64,000 nt of DNA from Bacteroidales bacterium (GTDB lineage Bacteria; Bacteroidota; Bacteroidia; Bacteroidales; P3): contig JAFXUY010000063.1 in the NCBI GenBank assembly GCA_017524785.1, forward strand, positions 586 to 64,585, in the 5' to 3' direction. Of the stretch, positions 19,747 to 29,100 are shown piece by piece. The position numbers and the translations under genes were made by a program. Each line of letters begins with the position of its first letter. Positions within the stretch are counted from its first letter, which is position 1. Under the pieces are notes generated by a model. It saw nothing but the letters and a program-made list of their open reading frames with translations, did not search any database and was not told where the DNA came from.

Positions 19747-21603
19747 TTATTTTTCACTTTTGTATATCCTCATCAGGCAATCGCGGCAGTCAAACTCAAG
19801 CCTGAAACGCTTTCCGTTGTTGTGCAGCACAAGGGTGTCGGCAGGCGATATCTTTACTTTCGCCGACGGCTGGCCCGCCCTGTCGCACAGGCAGCATCCA
19901 AGCTCGTAGCGCAGACAGTATTTTGTGGTCATCAGTGCTTTGCCGCCATAGTCGCCGGTTTGCTCCAAACCGTGTTCTATTGTTTTTATTCCATGGTGTT
20001 TATAGAAGTCGGCGGATCTGCTGTTGACAACGTTTGCGCGATAATCCAACTCCGTGAAGCCACAGGTGGCGCCGCTGTCGAAGCCCGGCAGGGCATCGCG
20101 ATAGCAGTCGCTGGTGTGGAAATGGTCAATGCGCGCCGTAGTGAGCTTCTCGACAGCCACACGGCGCACCTGGTTGAGTGTCGACACCGGAAGGAAATAC
20201 ATACCGCCGGTGCTATCGTTAACATCAATGGCACAGAATGGGGTGTCGCCAAGTTTGGCCAATTGCTTCTCAATATTTTGTGTACATTTCTGACAGTCGT
20301 CGGCACGAACATGCTCTGCCTCGATCACCTCGGTGACTCTCACCCCGTCCTCGTCTTCCATCTCTAACATGAAGCCGCTGTCTGTGCAGCCGAAGTCTAT
20401 CCTGACCCCGATGCGACGGTCGGCACTGCGCCCTTTCAGTTGACGCTCAAAGTCTATGTCTTGATTGCGCCAAAGGGTGGTTCCAACCACGATATCAGGC
20501 ATCTGACTGGGGGTAAGCACCCGTCCCTGCACAGCGTTGACCAAGAAGCCTTGCATCCTGCCATCTGCGTCGAAGCAGCACAGACCGTCACCATTGGAAA
20601 AACGCTCGTTACCACCGACGGTGATGGTACGTCTGCCCACTTCAACCACCTCTCCTACCCTCTTCCCCAGCGACTTCTGCGTTGCGAAGTTGGCCATTGG
20701 TCTGCGACTGCGAAGGAAGTAGTCGGTATATCCGCGGTTGAAGGTGCGCTCAACGTCGGGGGTGAAAAAGAACATGGTCTTGCCCGACGAGGCTCGCCGC
20801 ATTCGGTCGCCCCAGCCTTCTATCAAGTTGTCAAGCTGTTGACGATAATATGCCGTAACGTTTTTAACATAGTTCAAGTCTTTCAAGCGCCCCTCTATTT
20901 TGAACGACGTAATTCCTGCAGCAATCATGTTCTCAAGCTGTTGACTGGCATTGAAGTCCTTCAACGACAGAAGGTGCCGGTCGCGTATCAGCGTCTGTCC
21001 GTCAGCGGTCTCCAGGTCGTAGGCCGAACGGCATGGCTGCGAACAGCACCCCCTGTTGCCGCTGCGGCCGTTAAGGTATTGGCTCATATAGCATTGTCCG
21101 CTATAGCTCACACACAATGCCCCATGCACAAAAGCCTCCAGGTCGACGGTGGTGGCCTGGCGGATGGCATGCATCTGTTTCAAAGAAGTTTCACGGGCGA
21201 GAATAACACGACGGAAGCCTACTGATTCCATGAACTTTACCCGCTCAACCGTAGCATTGTGGCACTGTGTGCTGGCGTGCAGCTCGATGGGCGGCAGGTC
21301 GCATTCCAGCAAGCCAAGGTCCTGAATGATAAGTGCATCGACACCCGAATCGTATAGTCGATGTATCATCTTCACTGCATCGTCCAATTCGTTGTCGAAA
21401 AGCAGCGTGTTGACAGTGGCAAACACCTTGGAACCATATAGATGAGCATATCGCACCAGCTCCTCGATGTCCTCGATGGTGTTGGTTGCTGCGGCGCGGG
21501 CGCCGAAGGCCGGAGCACCGATATAAAGGGCATCGGCACCGTGGTTGACGGCCTCGCGGCCAAACTCAAGATTCTTGGCAGGGGAGAGCAATTCGAGTTT
21601 CAT
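19747..21603 (-). CDS. U32-family peptidase
   Basis: MKLELLSPAKNLEFGREAVNHGADALYIGAPAFGARAAA N-terminus and the E..HGALC..YSGQC region typical of peptidase U32. Confidence 0.87.
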   Translation of the reverse strand: MKLELLSPAKNLEFGREAVNHGADALYIGAPAFGARAAATNTIEDIEELVRYAHLYGSKVFATVNTLLFDNELDDAVKMIHRLYDSGVDALIIQDLGLLECDLPPIELHASTQCHNATVERVKFMESVGFRRVILARETSLKQMHAIRQATTVDLEAFVHGALCVSYSGQCYMSQYLNGRSGNRGCCSQPCRSAYDLETADGQTLIRDRHLLSLKDFNASQQLENMIAAGITSFKIEGRLKDLNYVKNVTAYYRQQLDNLIEGWGDRMRRASSGKTMFFFTPDVERTFNRGYTDYFLRSRRPMANFATQKSLGKRVGEVVEVGRRTITVGGNERFSNGDGLCCFDADGRMQGFLVNAVQGRVLTPSQMPDIVVGTTLWRNQDIDFERQLKGRSADRRIGVRIDFGCTDSGFMLEMEDEDGVRVTEVIEAEHVRADDCQKCTQNIEKQLAKLGDTPFCAIDVNDSTGGMYFLPVSTLNQVRRVAVEKLTTARIDHFHTSDCYRDALPGFDSGATCGFTELDYRANVVNSRSADFYKHHGIKTIEHGLEQTGDYGGKALMTTKYCLRYELGCCLCDRAGQPSAKVKISPADTLVLHNNGKRFRLEFDCRDCLMRIYKSEK

Positions 21604-21637
21604 GCAATAATAAACGCACGCATCCGTTATTTATTGC

Positions 21638-22678
21638 ATGTCAACACCAAACAGAACAATCTTCGGCGGCCTGCATATCTTCGACCGCGAACTGAAACGA
21701 GACATCTGGCGCAACGCGCGTTTCACCATCCTGCTGGACGAGAACACCTTCCAGCACTGTCTGCCGACACTTATCAGCAAGGTAGAGCCTCTGCAGGAGG
21801 CCGACTTCGTCGAGGTGCCCATGGGCGAGGAATGCAAGAGCCTCGAGGTGGCGGCGCAGGTATGGCAAACGCTTTTAGAGAGTGGGGCCGACCGCAACGC
21901 GGTGATTGTCAACCTAGGCGGTGGCACGGTGTGCGACCTGGGCGGCTTCGTGGCATCGACCTACATGCGCGGCATACGCCACATCAACATCCCCACCACC
22001 CTGCTGGCAATGACCGACGCTGCCCTCGGCGGCAAAACGGCCATCGACTTCGGCGGCGTGAAAAACAGCATAGGCCACTTCCATCCCGCCGCGGTAACTG
22101 TCGTCAACACCCCGTTCCTCGACACCCTGCCGCCCATCGAGATGCTCAACGGCAAAATAGAAATGGTGAAGACAGCCCTCGTGGCCGACGAAACCCTCTA
22201 CAACAACCTTGTGGCCACCGACGGTGTACTGCACCGGCAGGTCACAGCCACGGCACGCATCAAAAACCGCGTGGTGAAGGCCGACCCCTATGACCGCGGC
22301 ATACGCCACATACTGAACTTCGGCCACACCTTCGGTCACGCCATCGAACTGCACGCCAACCTGCCCCACGGCATCGCCGTAGGCCTTGGCATGAAAGCAG
22401 CCATGTACCTATCAACAAAAAAGATAGGCCTGCCCGAAGAGGTCTTCAACACCTACTCCGCATGGCTTAAATCGCAGTTCTTACCCTTCTCCCTTCACCT
22501 CTCTCCTTTCAATTTGAAAGACATCGAGCAGATGCTGCCCCTGATGCGGCGCGACAAGAAAAACGCCGACGGCGAGCTGCGCTGCGTGCTGCTGCAGGCC
22601 CCCGGAGCCACCATGATCGACGTGACTGTGTCGGACAACGAGGTCCGCGACGCACTTCTCAAGCTTTTTCCCCTCTAA
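21638..22678 (+). CDS. aroB: 3-dehydroquinate synthase
   Basis: NLGGGTVCDLGGFVASTYMRGI, TTLLAMTDAALGGKT and HTFGHAIE motifs. Confidence 0.9.
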   Translation: MSTPNRTIFGGLHIFDRELKRDIWRNARFTILLDENTFQHCLPTLISKVEPLQEADFVEVPMGEECKSLEVAAQVWQTLLESGADRNAVIVNLGGGTVCDLGGFVASTYMRGIRHINIPTTLLAMTDAALGGKTAIDFGGVKNSIGHFHPAAVTVVNTPFLDTLPPIEMLNGKIEMVKTALVADETLYNNLVATDGVLHRQVTATARIKNRVVKADPYDRGIRHILNFGHTFGHAIELHANLPHGIAVGLGMKAAMYLSTKKIGLPEEVFNTYSAWLKSQFLPFSLHLSPFNLKDIEQMLPLMRRDKKNADGELRCVLLQAPGATMIDVTVSDNEVRDALLKLFPL

Positions 22679-22694
22679 AAAACAAGACACGTTT

Positions 22695-22929
22695 TTAACA
22701 TAAAAAGAGTTAAAGACACATTGTTTGTTTCGCCATAAGCTCGTATTGGAAATCAACGAGTTATGGCGATATTTTTGCATACATCATTCTGTATCAGTGT
22801 GCATTAGCCGAAAAACAAACCCATAACCCCCTGAAACACAGCACCATCTCTTTACCCTCTCTTACTATTCTCCATACATTCGACTATTGAACACATACTT
22901 AAGTAAGAGATGTTAAATTTAACATTTGG
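22695..22929 (+). repeat. ~235-bp dispersed structured intergenic element, copy A
   Basis: Aligns without indels to 35907-36141, about 70 percent identity by hand count, and ends in AGTAAGAGATGTTAAATTTAACATTTGG. Confidence 0.85.
22731..22776 (+). terminator. terminator-like hairpin after aroB (also the 5' part of repeat copy A)
   Basis: CGCCATAAGCTCGT...ACGAGTTATGGCG followed by ATATTTTT. Confidence 0.6.
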
Positions 22930-23047
22930 CTCTGATATGTTTTTTAATAGTTTTTTGTGGCAAGACATCCCTGGCGCGAGGGTAGCTTAAGGGTAGCTCA
23001 AAAAGAACTTTTTTCGCTTTTTAACTTCTATATAATTTTTTTTTTTG

Positions 23048-23055
23048 TATTTTTG
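23048..23055 (+). promoter_or_regulatory. -7 promoter box TATTTTTG upstream of the 2268-aa gene
   Basis: TTTTTTGTATTTTTGCC, 70 nt before ATG 23125. Confidence 0.6.
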
Positions 23056-23124
23056 CCACGCTATCTATATAACATAAATAGCGGCAAACAAAAAACAATA
23101 TTATACTAACTAACAAATTACAAC

Positions 23125-26100
23125 ATGAAGAAAACACTAAAAGTTTTGGCTCTTATGGCATTGATGGCAGTGCCATGGGCAGCCGGCGCACAGAACACGT
23201 TGACCACCTGCAACGGAACGGCCAACAACGAGTATGTGCCATTCTACGGCTATTATGCCGACGAGAGTCAGCATAACCAGCTGATCTACCCGGCCGACAG
23301 CCTGACGGCCATGATTGGCCAAGCCATCACACAGATGGCTTTCCATATCGACCTCTCGGCCAGCAACGGCAGCTATACTGCGGCCGACCGCATGGGCACA
23401 TGGACTGTGTCGCTTGGCTCGACAACGGCGACAACCCTCAGCGGTATCGACAACGCCATGACTTTGACGGAAGTCTACCAAGGCTATTTCGACTGCTCCT
23501 CCGGCACCCTCACCCTGACATTCAGCGACGGCTATGTCTACAACGGCGGCAACCTGCTGGTCGACCTCCAGCATGCCGCTGCCAGCTGGAATCGCTGGTA
23601 TTTCCTGGGTGTGAACGCCAACGGCGCCGCCTATTGCTACAATAGCCAGCGCAACTTCCTGCCGAAGGTCACCTTCAGCTACAGCAACCCTCCCTCGTGC
23701 ATACGCCCGGAGAACATGACGGCCACCAACATCACCAGCGACGGCCTGACGCTCGTATGGTCCGATCCTGCCAACAGCGGTGCTTCCTACAGCATCGACT
23801 ACTGGAAGAATAACGGCGACACCAACAATGTGACCGCCACCGACACCTTCTACACTTTCACCGGCCTGGATGCCAACAGTCTCTACCACTTCGCACTGAA
23901 AGCCGTTTGCTCGGCCAGCGACGAGTCTAGTGTCCTGAACGGCACCTTCTCTACCGCTTGCGGCGGCTCTACCTGCGACCTAACCGTCACCGCTGCCGGC
24001 CAATACAGCAGCTCTTCCTACTCCCCCACCCTAACGCTCTACCAGAACGGTGCCGAACTGGCCTCGGTGAACAACAGCACACAGACCGTATCTGTCTGCT
24101 CCACCGACACGGTTATCGTTATATACACCGATGCCACATACACGTGGTATAGCCGTACAGCCACCATTCTCGACGGCGGCGGCACAACACTGTTCAACGG
24201 TTCGACCGAGAATTACTCCACCGGCGACGTGCTGCTCTCCATCGCCACCCCCTGCCCCAGCTGCATCCCGCCCATGGCGCTCACCACGCTGCCCGACTCG
24301 AACCAGATTGAGTTCTCGTGGACTCCGCGCAGCGGCGCCTCGCAGTTCATCGTCTACCTCGGCGACTCGATGGTCAACGACAACGTTACCGACACATTCT
24401 ACACCTTCACCAACCTCAACGCCAACACCCAGTACACTGTCAAGGTGCAAAGCGTATGCTCGAGCAGCGACAGCTCGAATATCGTCAGCAAGACCGTACG
24501 CACCGCCTGCGGCCAGATTGCCCTGCCCTACTCGGTCAACTTCGAGGACATTGCCAACAACGGTGCCTGGTATCCCTGCTGGGACAGCACCATCCACGCC
24601 GGCACCGACCCCAGCGTGAACAACGTGCGCAACCACACCTCCGGCGGCACCTACGCCATGTATCTGCAGGCCACCAGCTCGGAGAGCTACAACTTGGTGG
24701 TCAGCCCACAGATTCCCACAGCCGGCAACAACATCTACGTCCGCTTCTGGGCCTACCGCAGCAATGGTTGGATAAAGGCCGGCGTGATGACCAACCCCTA
24801 CGATACCAGCACCTTCATCCCGATGGTAACCATCAACAGCGGCAGCGGCTGGAACGAGTATGAGTTCCGCACCGACACGCTCGACGCCTCGGCCACCTAC
24901 TATGTGGCCTGGATGGGTTACTACGGCACCAGCTATAGCACCGCCATCGGTGAAATCGACGATATCTATATCAGCGAAGCCCCCACTTGCGCCCGCATCA
25001 CCGAAGTTACACTCGACACCGCCACCGACGACGGTCTGACCATCAGCTGGGTCGACAACGTGAACAGCAACGCCACCTACACCGTATACTGCTGCAAGGA
25101 CGGCACCACCGACACCATGACCATCTACGCCACCGACACCACGGTAAGCATTAGCGGCCTCGACGCCAGCTCGGCCTACAATGTGACCGTCGTGGCCAAC
25201 TGCGGCGGCGACGATGCCGAAGCTTCGCCCGCGTTTACCTTCCGCACCGCATGCGGCCAGATGGTTGTGCCTTTCTTCGACAACTTCGACAGCTACGCCA
25301 ACGGCTTCTGGCCTCCCTGCTGGCACCGCCTGCGCAACCATGGCACCGACCCCAGCGTCAACGCACAATTCCACCACAGCGGCTCGCAGTCGATGTTCCT
25401 GCTGGCAGAAAACGATACCACACTGTTCTGCACTCCCTCGGCAGTGCCCCTCGACGGCGACAACATCTATGTGCGCTACTGGGCATTCCTGAACTATTCT
25501 TCCTACTACACCGAAACCAAGTGGATAAAGGCCGGCGTGATGACCGACACCAACGATATGTCGACCTTCATTGCCCTCGACAGTGTGACCTACCACAACT
25601 TCAACAACGTGTTTGAAGAACGCGAGTTCACCACAGCCAACCTCGACCACGACTCGGTCTACTGGGTGGCCTGGATGTTCTACAGCTCCAACAACGGCTA
25701 TGGCAGCTACAACCGCGGCGCCATCGACGATGTCTACATCAGCGCCTTGCCCAGCTGCTTGCGCGTGAGCTCTGTCGCCGTTGCCGATGCCGACAGCAAC
25801 AGTATCACCGTCAGCTGGATTGACAATGCCAACAGCAGCGCCTCATACACGGTATTGGTTGGCGACTCGATTGCCGCCGCCGGTGTCACCGACACCTTCT
25901 ACACCGTCACCGGCCTCAACGCCAACACCCAGTACACCATCAGCGTGGCTGTTGAGTGCGGCAGCGAGACCTCCGAGGCCGTCAGCGCCACAGGAAGCAC
26001 CACCTGCACGGGTTATGCTATCCCCTACAGCTACGGTTTCGAAACCGAGAACGACCTGGCCTGCTGGATTGCCATCAACGGTGCAAGCTACGGCGGCGGC

Positions 26101-29100
26101 CGCAACAGCGGCGACGCCAGCACCGGAAGCTACAGCTACCTGTTCTACTACGGCGGTCAGTCGTCGCTCACCTCGCCCCTGCTAACAGGCACCGAGAACG
26201 GCCTCCGCGTCCAGTTCAAGTACAAACGCTATTCCACCTACTACAGCGAGGGCTTCATGGTGGGCTATTCCACCACCGGCAACGACAACAACTCGTTCGT
26301 CTGGGGTCCCGAAATCACCGATGCCACAGACTCCTACCAGACCTACGAGGCAATCTTCCCCGCCGGTGTCAAGTTCGTGTCTGTCAAATACACCACCACT
26401 GATAACTACGGCATCTACCTCGACGACTTCAACTTCGAGCTGCCTCCCGACTGTATGCCTGTGACGCTGCTCACTGTCGACACCACCACTGCCGACGGCG
26501 CCACAATACACTGGTCGGCTCCCAACGGCGCAAGCAACTTCATTGTGCGCCTGAACGACAGCACCGACTACAACACCACAGATACAGTATACAACATCAG
26601 CGGCCTAAGCGGACGCACACCATATAGCGTTAGCGTGGCTACCGACTGCTCGGGCGATACCTCCGACTGGGTGAGCACCAGCTTCGTCACCGGCTGCACC
26701 GGTGGCGAATGCGAGGTGACCGTCGTAATGACCGACAGCTATGGCGACGGCTGGAACGGCAATGCCGTCGAGGCATACCAGAACAACGCCCTCGTAGGCT
26801 CGGCAACCATTACCTCCGGCCACAACGGCACAGCCAACATCACGGTCTGCGCCAACATGCCCGTCGAGTTCCGCTTCCACGCGGGCAGCTATCCTGGCGA
26901 AATAAGCTTCACCATCTATGACGGCGGCGACGAAGCAATCTATACCGCAGCCCAGGGTTCGATGAATGGAGTTGCCGACGGAACAGTGCTCGCCAGCGTG
27001 GCCGATGCATGCCCCACATGTCTGAAACCCGCCAACGTCATAGCAACCTATATCGACAGCAACGACTTGGCATTCAGCTGGACTGTCGACCCACAAGTGA
27101 TTGAATACCTGGTGTCGTTCAACGGCGGCATCTGGCAGAGCAACACCATCGGCACCTACAGCGCCACAGGTCTGAATCCCAACACTGCCTACACCTTCAG
27201 CGTCAAAGCACGCTGCGACGTCTACGACACCTCCAATGCCCGCACCATCACGGTGAAGACCTCGTGCGGACAGATGGTTCTGCCCTATGTAGAGAGCTTC
27301 GAGGCCGACGCCCAAGGCAATGTGCCGTCGTGCTGGACGGTGGTTCGTCCCGGCTATGAAGGCTACCCCGGTGTAAGCGGTAGCGAACATACCGGCAACA
27401 ACGGCATGACCCTGGCAGCTGCCCACAACGACAGCACCACCATAGCCACCAGCGCTGTGCCTCTTGCCGGCGACTCGATCTATGTAAGCTTTTGGGCTTC
27501 TGTCAACGCCGGCAATACCCTGCAGGCTGGTGTGATGACCGACCTGGCATACGACAGCACATTCATTCCGCTGATGTCAATACCTAGCAACGGCAGCACC
27601 TATACTCTCTATGAGTTCAACACCTCGAGTCTCGGCACCATATACTCCAACACCACATTCTATGTCGCATTCCGACTTGTGACGGGAAGCAGCAACCACT
27701 ATGCCGATATCGACGACATCAACATCCGCCTCGACGAAGGCTGCATGTATCCTGCCAACCTCACCGCCAATCCCTCGGCAACAAACGTCGACCTTGAGTG
27801 GAGCGCCAATGGCGTGAGCATGGGCACCTATGTGGTGCAGTACAAGACAAACGGTGCAACCACGTGGGATTCCGCCGGTACCACTCCCGACACCACCTTC
27901 ACCATCCTAGGCCTCAGCGCTGCCACAGCCTACAACGCACGCGTTGGTCTCGTTTGCGGCAACGACACGCTGTGGACCAACGTCTCGTTCACCACAAGCT
28001 GCGCCATACTGCCTTTGCCCTACTTTGAGGACTTCGAAGCATACGCTAACGACGTGATGCCCCCGTGCTGGGGTTGGAACACCTCGTTCTGCACTCACTG
28101 GGACGGAGGCGTATTCTTCCGCTCCTACCATGGCGGCGGCTCCGAGTATGCCGTGCTGCCTCAATTGGACGGCAATATCAACAAGTACCAGATTGAGTTC
28201 GACACCAAGGTTGGTACCCCCGCCGAACAGGACGGTATCCTGCTGGGCGTTGCCGACGCCGCTGGCGTACTCGTAGGCTGGCTCGACACCATACAGGATC
28301 CCAACCACTCGCGCAACGCACACGTGCACCATGTCATCAACATGGTCAACTACAGCCTGCCTTTCGGCGCCGCTCGCATTGCTTTCGCACAATACCGTAA
28401 CTGGGGCGAATGGGCTCTGATCGACAACATCAACATCATCGAGCTGCCCGACTGCCTGCCTGTGGACACCCTTGCTGTTCACAACATCGAAGACCCCGAC
28501 CACACCAGCTTCACCTGGTCGAGCATGGGCGAAGAAGCCCAATGGCAGGTCTATGTCGACACTGTGACCGCCAACATCGACTCTGTCCCCGACAGTCTCT
28601 TCACCACCGTCACTACCCGCAACTACACTATCCCGATAGGTGACATCCAGGGTGGTGGCATCTACACCTTCTATGTACGCGCCGACTGCGGCGTCGACCA
28701 GAGCAGCTGGTCGTCCTATACCTTCGGTGCCGGTACGGTGATTATGAACAACTCCTCAGTGGCCGACACCGTGATAGGCTGCGGCCTCGTAGTCTACGAC
28801 AATGGCGGCCCCATCGCCGGCTACCTGCCCAACAGCAACTCGGCCTTGGTAATCCGTTCCGAGAACGCCGGCAGCGAACTCGAAGTCTTCGGCGGCGCCT
28901 TCGGCTTCGGCTCCTCGGCTGCCACGCTGAACATCTACGACGGCGAGGGTACCGACGGCTCCTTGCTCTACACCTACAGCATCATTGATGGCCGCGACAC
29001 CATTGACAGTGTCTTGGCAACATCGACCACCGGCGCACTGACCATCACTTTCACTGCCAGCGGTAATATGTGCCACACCGGATACGAGCTATACATCCAC

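Noticed and set aside
22911-22988. Small ORF starting in the conserved end of the repeat element (MLNLTFGSDMFFNSFLWQDIPGARVA in copy A, MLNLTFGEDKLNYAF in copy B).
   Set aside because: Only the first seven codons are shared, because they lie in the conserved palindrome. Sequence and length diverge immediately afterwards, and copy C has no equivalent ATG. The conservation is therefore at the nucleotide or structure level, not coding.
24031-25650. 539-aa reverse-strand ORF inside the 2268-aa gene. Similar long antisense ORFs occur at 23137-23889, 26605-27426, 29089-29820, 40448-41446, 44366-45364 and 45614-46426.
   Set aside because: All are antisense to the GC-rich repetitive coding sequence of the two giant genes. 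Their translations are low-complexity (Gly/Val/Ala/His/Arg-rich) with no motifs, and the sense frames have clear signal peptides, domains and sorting tails.
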